Position numbers and translations under genes: made by a program
In this document: piece after piece, positions 29,294-39,174 of the stretch
Layout: each line of letters opens with the position of its first letter
How positions within the stretch are numbered: the first letter of the stretch is position 1
The notes under the pieces: generated by a model
Told to the model about the DNA's origin: nothing
What the model saw: the letters and a program-made list of their open reading frames with translations, nothing else
The model's database searches: none
Assembly (NCBI GenBank): GCA_963806225.1
Contig: CAWDXG010000004.1
Span: forward strand, 224,001-288,000
Reading direction: 5' to 3'
Length of the DNA stretch: 64,000 bases
From: an uncultured delta proteobacterium
GTDB lineage: Bacteria; Myxococcota_A; Polyangia; Polyangiales; Polyangiaceae

Positions 29294-30367
29294 CTACGGG
29301 CGCTTCGCGCGGCGCACCGTCCCGTTGAGGTTGGTCCAGTACACGTACACCGCGTCGGTCGCGATGGCCGTCGGATGGTTTTCGCTGTTCGCGAGCAGCG
29401 TAGCGCCAGGCTGTCCGGTGAGAGCGGCTGCTATCCGGCCGTCGCCGTCGCCGGTGCCGAGGTCACCGACGTAGGCGCCCATCTTGTCCGCTGCCAGAAC
29501 CTGCGGGTCGACCAGGCCGGCGTAGCGCGAGTGTTCGCCGTTGCCGGCCACCTTGCCATCCCAGAGCTCCGTGCCCTTGAGCCAGTACAGCATGTCGCCG
29601 AGCGCCAACTGCGTCGCGTTGGCATCGACGTAGAGGCTCGTGCCGCCCCCCGAGAACGTGTAGGTCCCGAGGTTGGTGCCGTTGGCGACATAGACACCGC
29701 CCTCGTCCAGCGCGATGCCTTCAAGCTGCGGCAACGGCCCGGGCGCCAGCACCGATCGCTTGTTCGGCGCGAGCTTGGTGACACCGTCCACCTCCCCCGA
29801 CGAGTCCTTGCACGCGTAGGCCACGAGCGTGGAGTTCTGGGCCAAAAAGCCGTAGCCACCGGTACTGCAGGCAGTATTGTCGACCATCACGCTGAGCTTC
29901 TGCGTCGTCTTGTCGAAACGCAGGACAGGCTTCGCCGGATCGGTCGTCCCGAGATAGATCGCGTCGGCGTCGCCGACCATCTGCTTGACCTGACCGGAGA
30001 TCTGCAGATCCGGGATCAGCGTCTTGGCGACGCATCCGCCCTTCTTCGGGCCAGCGCGGAGCGCGGTCTTGGTGCCGCGCGCCACCCAGTAGGCGAGCGA
30101 GCTGTCCACGGAGAGCGGTCCTGGCTTGGCCTCGCCGGAATACAGTGTCTGCACACAGCCGCTGCCGCTGCAGCCGGCGTCGGCAACGCACTTGTAGTTA
30201 CCGCCACCGGCGCTGCCGCCGGTGCCGCTGCCGCCGGTGCCGCTGCCGCCGGTGCCGGCACTTCCCGAGCTGCCTCCGGCGCCCGGGGGCTGGACAACGG
30301 TTGACGACGAACAGCCAACGCCCATCGACAGCAGAAGACCGACCAAGACCAGAAGAAACGGGCGCAT
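29294..30367 (-). CDS. lipoprotein with beta-propeller-like repeats
   Basis: Lipobox GVGC; repeats such as IATDAVYVYWTN and LSVDSSLAYW. Confidence 0.7.
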   Translation of the reverse strand: MRPFLLVLVGLLLSMGVGCSSSTVVQPPGAGGSSGSAGTGGSGTGGSGTGGSAGGGNYKCVADAGCSGSGCVQTLYSGEAKPGPLSVDSSLAYWVARGTKTALRAGPKKGGCVAKTLIPDLQISGQVKQMVGDADAIYLGTTDPAKPVLRFDKTTQKLSVMVDNTACSTGGYGFLAQNSTLVAYACKDSSGEVDGVTKLAPNKRSVLAPGPLPQLEGIALDEGGVYVANGTNLGTYTFSGGGTSLYVDANATQLALGDMLYWLKGTELWDGKVAGNGEHSRYAGLVDPQVLAADKMGAYVGDLGTGDGDGRIAAALTGQPGATLLANSENHPTAIATDAVYVYWTNLNGTVRRAKRP

Positions 30368-30562
30368 CCCCGAGCCTAGTCGCGGATTTCCCGCCCCGGC
30401 AACTGCTAGTGGGGAAAGATGGGCACGCCGGGATCCCGCGGCTTTTCCGCAGCTATGACTCCCATCATCCGGGCCGAGCGGGGGGGGCGCCGGGCGTCGC
30501 GGCGGCGTGATAGGACGGAACTCTGGCGCGCGGGCGCCTGGGCCCCGCCCGGAGGAGGACAC

Positions 30563-32932
30563 ATGACGGCTTCCCGGTTGCTGGTTTCCGCAATGATAGC
30601 CGCGCTTGCGGCCGAAGGTTGCTCGCTGATCACGAGCGTCGACCGCGGCAAGCTCAAGACCGATGCGGGGACAGCCGAGGCGGGAGGCGGCACGGCCGGC
30701 ACCGCTGGCTTCGGTGGCACTGCCGGCTTCGGTGGCACCGCCGGCGTGGGCGGCGTGGCGGGCACCGGCGGCGTGGCGGGCACCGGCGGCGTGGCGGGCA
30801 CCGGCGGCGTGGCGGGCACCGGCGGCGTGGCGGGCACCGGCGGTGTGGCGGGCACCGGCGGTGTGGCGGGCACCGGCGGTGTGGCGGGCACCGGCGGTGT
30901 GGCGGGCACCGGTGGCACTGCCGGCTCGGCTGGGACGGGCGGCAGCGCCGGCAGCGCCGGCAGCGCCGGAACGGGCGGCACCGCCGGCAGCGCCGGAACA
31001 GGTGGCATCGACGGCAGCGCCGGAACGGGCGGCACCGCCGGCAGCGCCGGAACAGGTGGCACCGCCGGCAGCGCCGGAACAGGTGGCGTCGACGGCGGCG
31101 CGGGAACAGGCGGCAGCGCCGGCTCGGCTGGGACAGGCGGCAGCGCCGGGACCGGTGGCACAGCTGGAACGGACGGCGGCGCGGGCGCCGGCGGAACCGA
31201 CGCCGGCGCACAGTGCACGCAGCCCAGCGACTGCCCCGATCCGGGCAACGAATGCCTCCAGCGAACCTGCACTTCCGGTGTCTGCGGCACCACGCCCGTC
31301 GCTTCCGGCACGGCCGTTGCGGCCCAGACCCCAGGCGACTGCCACGAGGTCCAGTGTGACGGCGCCGGCAGCACCGTCGACGCCATCGACAACAGCGATG
31401 TCCCCGTCGACAGCTACCAGTGCACCGACAACGTGTGCACCAACGGCACTCCGTCGAACCCGGCCACGGCCTCCGGAACGACCTGCAGCCAGAACGGCGG
31501 CGCCGTGTGCGACGGCGCGGGCGCCTGCGTGGAGTGCGTCAGCGGCAGCGACTGCACGAGCGGTGTCTGCACGACCAACACCTGTGCGGCGCCGCAGGTT
31601 GTGTCGACGAACCCGACCGACTCGGCTACCAACATCGCCGTTTCTTCGAGCATCGCCATCGAGTTCTCGGCGGCGATGGACGGCACCACGCTGACCGCGC
31701 AGACCGCCAGTGGCCCCTGCAGCGGAACCATCCGGCTGTCCGCCGACGGCTTCACCAGCTGCCTGGGCTTCGCTTCGGCAACGGCGACGCTGTCGGCCGG
31801 CAACACGGTCGCGACGGTCGTGCCCGCGCCCGCGCTGTCGTACAGCACGACGTACCGGATCCGCGTCACGACGGGCGCTCGCGACGCCGCCAGCGAGTAC
31901 CTCGCCGGCGACTTCACCACGGCCAGCGGTTTCACGACGGAAACAGCCCCGGCCGTGTGCGACGGGTCGGTCGTGATCAGCCAGATCTACGGCGCCGGAG
32001 GCAACTCCAGCGCGACCTACGACACGGATTTCGTCGAGCTGCACAACCGCGGCACGACGGCTGTCGATCTATCGAGCTGGTCCATCCAGTATGCGTCGTC
32101 GACCGGCAGCTCGTGGGGGGTCACCCCCCTGTCGGGCAGCGTCGCCCCGGGGGGTTACTACCTCGTCGCGCTCGCTTCCGGCAGCACCGGCGGTGCGCTC
32201 CCGACGCCCGACGCGACCGGCACCTCGAACCTTTCCGCGTCGAACGGAAAGGTCGCGCTGGTGAACTCCACGACCGCGCTGACCGGCAGCTGCCCCGCCG
32301 ATTCCTCGGTCGTCGACTTCGTCGGCTACGGCACTGCGAACTGCTACGAAGGCACCGCCGCCGCGCCGTCGCCCAGCGCGACCAACTCCACCCAGCGCGG
32401 CGGCTCGGGCTGCACGGATGTCGACGAGAACTCGACCGACTTTGCCGCCGCAGCCGTGGCGCCGCGCAACAGCGGCACCACAGCGCTTTCGTGTTCTCCC
32501 TGCGGCGTCGTCAACGAAACCGGCAACGGCGCGGAGGCGGACTGGTGCATCGTGCAGTCTCCGACCAGCCTGAGCCTCACGACCTCGCAGGCTTCCGGCT
32601 TGATCTACGGACGACTGTACGAGTCGGGCCTGACCGGCACCGGCAGTGCCCCGGCTGGCGTGATCGCCCAGGTCGGCTACGGACCGGCGGACGTCAATCC
32701 CGAGACCCAGAGCGGGTTCGTCTTCTACCCGACCACGTTCAACATGAACTACGGCAACAACGATGAATTCCAGGGCGCGTTCACCGCGCCCGCCACCACC
32801 GGCGACTACCGCTACGTGTATCGCTTCAGCCTCGACGGGCAGTCGTGGACGTATTGCGATCTCGACGGTGCAGGCTCCGACGCGGGGCTCTCGTTCGACG
32901 TGACCCAGCTGCCGGTCCTGACCGTCAACTAG
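30563..32932 (+). CDS. surface lipoprotein: Gly linker, Cys-rich region, Ig-like (Big_5) and lamin-tail domains
   Basis: PQVVSTNPTD...FS..MD Ig-like domain; VVISQIYGAGGNS...DFVELHN lamin-tail motif. Confidence 0.85.
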   Translation: MTASRLLVSAMIAALAAEGCSLITSVDRGKLKTDAGTAEAGGGTAGTAGFGGTAGFGGTAGVGGVAGTGGVAGTGGVAGTGGVAGTGGVAGTGGVAGTGGVAGTGGVAGTGGVAGTGGTAGSAGTGGSAGSAGSAGTGGTAGSAGTGGIDGSAGTGGTAGSAGTGGTAGSAGTGGVDGGAGTGGSAGSAGTGGSAGTGGTAGTDGGAGAGGTDAGAQCTQPSDCPDPGNECLQRTCTSGVCGTTPVASGTAVAAQTPGDCHEVQCDGAGSTVDAIDNSDVPVDSYQCTDNVCTNGTPSNPATASGTTCSQNGGAVCDGAGACVECVSGSDCTSGVCTTNTCAAPQVVSTNPTDSATNIAVSSSIAIEFSAAMDGTTLTAQTASGPCSGTIRLSADGFTSCLGFASATATLSAGNTVATVVPAPALSYSTTYRIRVTTGARDAASEYLAGDFTTASGFTTETAPAVCDGSVVISQIYGAGGNSSATYDTDFVELHNRGTTAVDLSSWSIQYASSTGSSWGVTPLSGSVAPGGYYLVALASGSTGGALPTPDATGTSNLSASNGKVALVNSTTALTGSCPADSSVVDFVGYGTANCYEGTAAAPSPSATNSTQRGGSGCTDVDENSTDFAAAAVAPRNSGTTALSCSPCGVVNETGNGAEADWCIVQSPTSLSLTTSQASGLIYGRLYESGLTGTGSAPAGVIAQVGYGPADVNPETQSGFVFYPTTFNMNYGNNDEFQGAFTAPATTGDYRYVYRFSLDGQSWTYCDLDGAGSDAGLSFDVTQLPVLTVN
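30749..30910 (+). repeat. 18-bp coding tandem repeat (GGVAGT x9)
   Basis: 5 ggcggcgtggcgggcacc units followed by 4 ggcggtgtggcgggcacc units. Confidence 0.95.
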
Positions 32933-33737
32933 GCGGCGGCGCGTCCGCGAGGAACGCCGCAATCTCGTCGGCGATGCCAGCGTCGAACAGGAGAGCCACG
33001 TGGCCGAGGTCCGGCACCGGGAGATCGCGGCCGCCTACGACCTCGAGCGACGAGGTGGCAGCCGGGTGCACGACGTTGTCGTGCGTCGAGAAGATGCTGA
33101 GTGACGGCAGCTCGAGCGCGCGCCGTTCGCGCAGGTGCACTGCGCCGGCGCGCAGGTGCTCCGCGCTCGCGCCCGGGATGAGCGGCGGCCAGGAGATCCC
33201 GGCGTGCGGCGAACCGATCGTCACGAGCCGGCGAACCGCGGCTCCGCCACGGCCCAGCATCTCGAGCGCCACCAGCCCACCCATCGAATGACAGACGACG
33301 TCCACCGCGTCGCAGTGTTCGCTGTCGCACACCCACTGCACGAAGCGCTCGAGCTGTGCGGCGCTCCGCGTGAGGTGGCTGAGCGGCCAGTAGTTGAAGC
33401 CGTAGACCGGACCCAGTCCCCGCTGCGACAGAGCGCGCGCCAGCCACAGGAAATCAACGCGGTTCTGCGCGTAGCCATGGACCAGCACCACGGGCCGCCC
33501 GTTGCCGCCGCCCATGCGCCGTCCGTACAGATAGAACAGCGGCAGCAGCGGCAGGACGGCCCCGACGACGAGGGCCTCACGCAGCGCCTCGCGCAGCGTC
33601 GCCGCCACGCCGCGCGGTTCGTGATCGCCGCGGGCGAAACCGTAGGTGCTGGCGATGTACAGGCTGATGCCGACGAGATACGCGAAGGCGACTCCCGCCA
33701 GCGCCTCCGCCACGTGCGAGCCCTGCGTCGGTAGCAT
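32925..33737 (-). CDS. alpha/beta hydrolase (lipase-like)
   Basis: VVLVHGY, HSMGG nucleophile elbow, GSPHAG, HDNVV, GH. Confidence 0.88.
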   Translation of the reverse strand: MLPTQGSHVAEALAGVAFAYLVGISLYIASTYGFARGDHEPRGVAATLREALREALVVGAVLPLLPLFYLYGRRMGGGNGRPVVLVHGYAQNRVDFLWLARALSQRGLGPVYGFNYWPLSHLTRSAAQLERFVQWVCDSEHCDAVDVVCHSMGGLVALEMLGRGGAAVRRLVTIGSPHAGISWPPLIPGASAEHLRAGAVHLRERRALELPSLSIFSTHDNVVHPAATSSLEVVGGRDLPVPDLGHVALLFDAGIADEIAAFLADAPPPS

Positions 33738-33765
33738 CGAGCCCTTCAATAGCACCCGTCGGGGG

Positions 33766-33812
33766 TTGACAGCCGGTCCCGGTGGTGTCATTTGATTGGG
33801 CGACTGACCAAT
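33766..33812 (+). promoter_or_regulatory. promoter and probable TetR operator
   Basis: TTGACA at 33766; inverted ATTGG-N8-CCAAT (33795-33812) overlapping the TetR start codon. Confidence 0.5.
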
Positions 33813-34467
33813 GACGGGAACCAGCACGAATACCCGGGAAGCCATTCTCGGGGCCGCCGACCAGCTGTTCGGCGAGGTGGGGTTCGAGAGCGCCAGCACC
33901 CGGCTCATCGGCGAGCGTTCCGGCGTCAACAAGGCGCTTATCCACTACCACTTCAAGGACAAGAGCGAGCTGTGGAACGCGGTCCTCGACCGCTACTACG
34001 AGCGGCTCGGAAGCGAGATCCAGGCGGCGCTCGGGCACGGCGGGAAGCTGCGCGAGCAGATGATCGGCCTGCTCGAGAGCTACCTCGACTTCCTGGCGGC
34101 CAATCGCACGTTCGCGCGCATGGTGCAGCGCGAGGTGGCGGGCGGGCAGCACGTCGAGCGGGTCACCGCGCACATGGCGCCCCTGTTCGAGACCGGGGCC
34201 GCACTGCTGCACGAGGCCTATCCGGCCACGCTCGAGGGGCCGCTGTCGGCCGCCCAGCTCCTGGTGAGCTTCTACGGCATGGCCGTCACCTGGGTCACGT
34301 ACGCCCCGGTGGTCGAGCAGCTTCTGGGCCAAGACCCACTTGGCGAAGAGGGCCTGGCGCTACGCAAGGCCCACCTGGCGAGGATGGTCGACCTGGTCAT
34401 CGCATCGCTCGAAGGACAACCGCGCGCTCCGGCTGCGGACGCAGCTGCGCGCAGGAGGAAAACATGA
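33811..34467 (+). CDS. TetR/AcrR family transcriptional regulator
   Basis: REAILGAADQLF...GF...GVNKALIHYHFKDK HTH. Confidence 0.93.
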   Translation: MTGTSTNTREAILGAADQLFGEVGFESASTRLIGERSGVNKALIHYHFKDKSELWNAVLDRYYERLGSEIQAALGHGGKLREQMIGLLESYLDFLAANRTFARMVQREVAGGQHVERVTAHMAPLFETGAALLHEAYPATLEGPLSAAQLLVSFYGMAVTWVTYAPVVEQLLGQDPLGEEGLALRKAHLARMVDLVIASLEGQPRAPAADAAARRRKT

Positions 34468-35507
34468 AGAGCACGACACCGCGGATGCAGACGGTCCTGA
34501 CGAAGCTGGCCGGACGGGCCATAGAAGCGCGCCAGCGCGGCGACGGCAGGCCGTTCGTCGTCGGGCTGTTCATTACGCAGCACTGCATGTGCGACTGCAA
34601 GAGCTGCCTGTGGAAGCACAACGACTGGGAAAACGTCCCCACCGAGACCTTGAAACGCTTCTATCGTGAAGCCCGGGACGAGGGTTTCGTCGCGACGGCC
34701 ATCACCGGCGGCGAGCCGTTCATGCGTCGCGATCTGGGGGAGATCGTGCGCTACGTCCACGACGAGCTCGGCATGGCCGTGCTGCTGTTCACGACCGGCT
34801 GGTACCTCGAGCGGCGCATGGACGAGGTGCTGCCCTGGGTCGACATGCTGATGCTGAGCCTCGACTCCGCGCGGCCGGAGCGGCACGACGAGATCCGGCG
34901 TCTTCCCGGCCTGCATGCGCGGCTGATGAGCTCGATCAAGCTGGTCAAGCAGCGCTACCCGGAGCTGTCGGTACAGCTCAACACCTGCGTGCAGCGCGGC
35001 CTCGAAGCCGACGGCGAGATCGACGAGCTTGTCGCGCTGGCCGAGCAGCTGGGAGTGCCGATCTCGTTCGACGTGATCACGCCGTTCCGCAACGGCTCCG
35101 ACGGCTCCCACTTCTCCTTGACCGACATGGGGCTGCCCCAGGCGGAGCTCGCCCGCGTCTGCAGCGAGCTCTCGGCGAAAAAGCGCGCCGGCGCTCCGAT
35201 CCTGAACTCCGACCGGTACTTCCAGTACTTCATCGACGGCAGGCCCGGCTACCGCTGCCACTTCCCCAAGCTCGCCATGAGCGTCGACGCGCGCGGCATG
35301 GTGGAAAACTGCCTCGACCTCGATCACCCGCTCGGAAACATCCAGACCACGCCCCTGGCCGAGATCATGCAGAGTCCGGCCTTCTCCGGGCTCCGTTGCG
35401 CCGCAGAGAGCTGTTCGTCGTGTTCGTCGCCGACCATGGTCGACATGTCGCACGTCTGGGAAGATCCGGGGCTGGTGTTCCGCTCGGACGGCATCGCCAT
35501 CGGATAG
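34464..35507 (+). CDS. radical SAM protein with C-terminal SPASM/twitch-like Cys cluster
   Basis: CMCDCKSC (CxxxCxxC), GGEPF, SLDS; C-terminal C...C...CxxC residues. Confidence 0.9.
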   Translation: MKSTTPRMQTVLTKLAGRAIEARQRGDGRPFVVGLFITQHCMCDCKSCLWKHNDWENVPTETLKRFYREARDEGFVATAITGGEPFMRRDLGEIVRYVHDELGMAVLLFTTGWYLERRMDEVLPWVDMLMLSLDSARPERHDEIRRLPGLHARLMSSIKLVKQRYPELSVQLNTCVQRGLEADGEIDELVALAEQLGVPISFDVITPFRNGSDGSHFSLTDMGLPQAELARVCSELSAKKRAGAPILNSDRYFQYFIDGRPGYRCHFPKLAMSVDARGMVENCLDLDHPLGNIQTTPLAEIMQSPAFSGLRCAAESCSSCSSPTMVDMSHVWEDPGLVFRSDGIAIG

Positions 35508-35511
35508 CTGG

Positions 35512-36564
35512 ATGCCAAAATTCTTCCGGGCGCTGGGCCCACTGATTGCCAGAGTCGACGGCGGCGCGCGCGCCGCGCCGCCGCCGACGCCAGCCGAGGA
35601 CGGCACGCAGTTCCCGCGCGCGCAGTGGGACCTCAGGACCCTGATCGCCGTCTTCGGACCCGACGCCCCGCTGCGCTTCCTGAGCCTCACCACGACGCTC
35701 GGCCTGACGGGATTGCCGTTCGACCAGGGGCAGAGCTGGTCCGGGGCTCCCGACGCCGCGTTCGACGTGCAGCTGTGTCTGGAGGGGCGCGGGAAGACCG
35801 CAGGCTACAAGCGCTACCACCGCGTCGGCTCCGAGCTCGAGTCGACGGCCGGCGCGGTGCACCTCCATCTCGGCGAGCGGCTGCGCATCGACGGCGCCTG
35901 GCCGCACTACCGCATCGAATGGCGCCAGGCCGAGGAAGAGCTGTCGCTCGACATCGCAATCGAGACGCACGGAGACGTGCAGCGCTGGGCCTGGGCGCCG
36001 CGCTACTTCTGCCACTACACCAGCTTCGGCGACTGTCAGCTGAGCTGGCGCTGGCGCGGCGACTCCGGCGAGCTCTCGACTCCGGCTCTGCTGGACCACG
36101 GCTGGGGGCGGCGAGCGCCGCTGGCCTCCGCGCTCGGGCTGTTCCGCTACGAGGTGCTGCGCCTGCCCGGCGACGACCTCGCGATCGGTCTCTGGACCGA
36201 GGGACCGGCGGGACTTAGGTTGCGCGACGTAGGGGTGATGCACCGTGGGGGGAACACGTTGCAGACAGGCTATTCGTGCCGCGTGGAGGAGCTCGATCGC
36301 TTCGCCAACTACGCGGACGAGAGCCGGCACGTGCCGCGACGCTGGAGGGCGGAGCTTTCGGGGCCCGACGGCACGCTGCGCTACAGCGCCACGCGGGCCA
36401 GCGCGCCGCAGCCGGTGCTCGGCGACGGCTTCGTCTGCGCGTTCGACTACGAGGCCGAAGGGACTGGCGCCTGGTCGGGCCGCTTCAGCGGTGAGGGCTA
36501 CGTCGAACAACTCGGTCCCGCATGGTCCGCAAACCGCCGCGCACCGCGCGGCACCTCGAGCTGA
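35512..36564 (+). CDS. hypothetical protein, possible lipocalin/AttH-like double barrel
   Basis: Aromatic-rich; LDHGWG, VPRRW and GEGYVE patterns recall AttH/CrtC-like folds (weak). Confidence 0.55.
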   Translation: MPKFFRALGPLIARVDGGARAAPPPTPAEDGTQFPRAQWDLRTLIAVFGPDAPLRFLSLTTTLGLTGLPFDQGQSWSGAPDAAFDVQLCLEGRGKTAGYKRYHRVGSELESTAGAVHLHLGERLRIDGAWPHYRIEWRQAEEELSLDIAIETHGDVQRWAWAPRYFCHYTSFGDCQLSWRWRGDSGELSTPALLDHGWGRRAPLASALGLFRYEVLRLPGDDLAIGLWTEGPAGLRLRDVGVMHRGGNTLQTGYSCRVEELDRFANYADESRHVPRRWRAELSGPDGTLRYSATRASAPQPVLGDGFVCAFDYEAEGTGAWSGRFSGEGYVEQLGPAWSANRRAPRGTSS

Positions 36565-36575
36565 GGAGACGCAGC

Positions 36576-39143
36576 ATGGCGAGCTTCCGTGACACCGACC
36601 AACTCTACCGCGTATTCGACGCCTTCTTCCGCCGGGTCGCCGACCAGCGCGAGCTCGCTGACGCGCTGCTCGGAAGCCGCATGGTGCTGCGCCTCCGCTA
36701 CAAGGACCCCGACGGACAGGTCACGATCGACCTCGGCAAGGCACCCATCCGCTGGGAATTCGGCGAGACCTCGCTCGAGCCGGAGCTCGAGCTGATCCAG
36801 TCCGCCGACGTCGCCAATCGCTTCTGGCAGGGGCGGCTCAATATCACCAGTGCGATCGCAACGCGCAAGGTCGTCGCGCGCGGACCGATCAAGAAAGCAC
36901 TCGCCCTGCTGCCCGCGCTCGAGGGCGCCTACCCGCTCTACGCCGATGTGCTGCGCGAGCTCGGCGAGAGCGCGCTGTTGGTCGACGAGGCCGCGCATCC
37001 GCCACTGGGCGAGCGCCTGCTCGCCGAAGCGCGGCGCGTCGCCCAGCGCGCACGCGGTCATCTACCGGGCCGCCGCGGCGTGGACTTCGATGCGCTGGAG
37101 CCGCACCGGATCCCGCTCGTCGACGAGGTGGAGGCGGAGCGCGTCGCGCTGCGCCCACAGGATCTGCCGGGGGAGCCGGACGCGCTCGCCGTCGAGATGT
37201 TGCGTCGCATGCGTCTGATCCGCGCCTTCGAGGAGCATCTGGCCGCAGCCTGGGCGCGCGGCGAAGTGCCGACCGAGGCCATCCACCTGTCGATCGGCCA
37301 GGAAGCGACCGCCGTGGGCGCCTGCTTCGCGCTTGGCGCCGGCGACTACCTGGCGACCACGCACCGCGGCCACGGCCACATGCTCGCCAAGGGAGCGGAC
37401 CTCGACGGGATGATGGCGGAGCTTCTGGGCCGCGCCACTGGCCTGTGCGGCGGAAAGGGCGGCTCGATGCACGTGACCGATTCCTCCGTCGGCGCCATCG
37501 GAGCCAACGGTATCGTGGGGGCGAGCGGGCTCATCGCCGCCGGCGCCGCCCACGCCGCGCAGCTCGCCGGCAGCGATCAGGTCGCCGTGGCGTTCCTCGG
37601 TGACGGCGCGACGAACCAGGGCATGTTCCATGAAGCGGTCAACCTGGCGGCGGTGTTCGGGCTGCCGGTGCTGTTCGTGATCGAGAACAACCTGTACGGC
37701 GAGTTCACCCCGCTCGCCCGGCACACGCGCGTGACGCGCCTGGCCGACCGCGCGGCGGCCTACGGCATCCCCGGCGTGGACGTCGACGGCAACGACGCCC
37801 GCGCGGTGTACCAGGCGACGTGCGCAGCCGTTGAGCGGGCGCGGCGGGGCGGCGGTCCGACGCTGCTCGAGTGCCGCACGTACCGCTGGCACGGACACAT
37901 GGAGGGCGAGACCGCCGCCTACCGCAGCGCCGACGAGATCGAGACCTGGAAGGCGCGCTGCCCCATCACTGCGCTCGAACGCGCGCTGCTCGACGATGGC
38001 GTCCTTACCGACGTCAAAGCCGCCGCGCTAGCGGACGAGGCGCGGAGCCGCGTCTCGACGGCCTGGAAGCGGGCCAGCGAGGCAGCGGAACCGGAAGCCG
38101 GAGCGCTCTACACGGACATCTACTCGCCCGAGCCGCGGAGTCTGTACACCGCCCCCGCCGCGCCGCCCGTCGCCGCGCGTGACATCACCTGCTCGAAGGC
38201 GCTGTTCGAGGCGCTCGCCGAGGAGCTCGAGCGCGACGAGCGCGTGTATCTGCTCGGCGAGGACGTGACCACGGGCGGCTACTTCGCCGTCACCTCCGGG
38301 CTCGTGGAGCGCTTCGGCACGAGCCGCATCGTGGACACGCCCATCAGCGAGTACGCAATCGTCGGCTCGGCGGTGGGCGCAGCCATCGCCGGCCGGCGAC
38401 CCGTCTGCGAGATCCTGTTCTCCGACTTCCTGACGACCTGCATGGACCCATTGGTCAACCAGGCCGCCAAGCTGCGCTACATGTCCGGCGGCCAGTACTC
38501 GCTGCCGATGGTGGTGCGCACGCCCGGCGGGGCCGGGCTGGGAATGGCGGCGCAGCACTCGCAGAGCCTGGAAGCGCTCTTGACGGGCATTCCGGGGCTC
38601 CTGGTGGTGGCGCCGGGCACAGCCGCCGACGCCAAGGGGCTTCTGAAGGCGGCCATCCGCTCCAACAACCCCGTGCTCTTCTTCGAGAACAAGCTGATGT
38701 ACGCGGAGCCAGGCCCGGTTCCCGATGGCGAGTTCCTGGTCCCGCTCGGCGTGGCGGACGTGAAGCGAGCCGGCACGGACGCAACGGTGGTCAGCATCGG
38801 CGCCGCGCTCGGCCGCACGCTGGAGGCGGCACGGCTTCTGGACGGCCACGGCGTGTCCGCCGAGGTGATCGACGTGCGGACCCTGGTCCCGCTCGATCTG
38901 CCGACGATCGTCCGATCCGTCGCGCGCACCGGACGGCTGGTCACCGTGGAGGACGGACCGGTCGGCCACGGCTTCGGCTCGGAAGTCGTCGCGCGTATCG
39001 TCGAGGTGGCCCACAGCGCCCTGCGCTCGGCCCCGCGCCGCGTCGGCGCCGCGGATGTCCCCCTGCCCTACAACTCGAAGCTGGAAAACGCCGCACTTCC
39101 CGACGCCGAGCGCATCGCCGCCACCGTCGAGAAAACGCTCTGA
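36576..39143 (+). CDS. SCP2 sterol-carrier domain fused to ThDP-dependent 2-oxoacid/acetoin dehydrogenase E1 alpha and beta
   Basis: N-terminal SCP2-like region (FWQGRLNITSAIATRKVVARG); alpha motifs HRGHGH, GKGGSMH, GDGA..NN; beta motifs GEDV, DTPISE, AAQHSQ. Confidence 0.88.
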   Translation: MASFRDTDQLYRVFDAFFRRVADQRELADALLGSRMVLRLRYKDPDGQVTIDLGKAPIRWEFGETSLEPELELIQSADVANRFWQGRLNITSAIATRKVVARGPIKKALALLPALEGAYPLYADVLRELGESALLVDEAAHPPLGERLLAEARRVAQRARGHLPGRRGVDFDALEPHRIPLVDEVEAERVALRPQDLPGEPDALAVEMLRRMRLIRAFEEHLAAAWARGEVPTEAIHLSIGQEATAVGACFALGAGDYLATTHRGHGHMLAKGADLDGMMAELLGRATGLCGGKGGSMHVTDSSVGAIGANGIVGASGLIAAGAAHAAQLAGSDQVAVAFLGDGATNQGMFHEAVNLAAVFGLPVLFVIENNLYGEFTPLARHTRVTRLADRAAAYGIPGVDVDGNDARAVYQATCAAVERARRGGGPTLLECRTYRWHGHMEGETAAYRSADEIETWKARCPITALERALLDDGVLTDVKAAALADEARSRVSTAWKRASEAAEPEAGALYTDIYSPEPRSLYTAPAAPPVAARDITCSKALFEALAEELERDERVYLLGEDVTTGGYFAVTSGLVERFGTSRIVDTPISEYAIVGSAVGAAIAGRRPVCEILFSDFLTTCMDPLVNQAAKLRYMSGGQYSLPMVVRTPGGAGLGMAAQHSQSLEALLTGIPGLLVVAPGTAADAKGLLKAAIRSNNPVLFFENKLMYAEPGPVPDGEFLVPLGVADVKRAGTDATVVSIGAALGRTLEAARLLDGHGVSAEVIDVRTLVPLDLPTIVRSVARTGRLVTVEDGPVGHGFGSEVVARIVEVAHSALRSAPRRVGAADVPLPYNSKLENAALPDAERIAATVEKTL

Positions 39144-39174
39144 CCCCAGCGACAAAACGCGTACCCTGTGCGCC

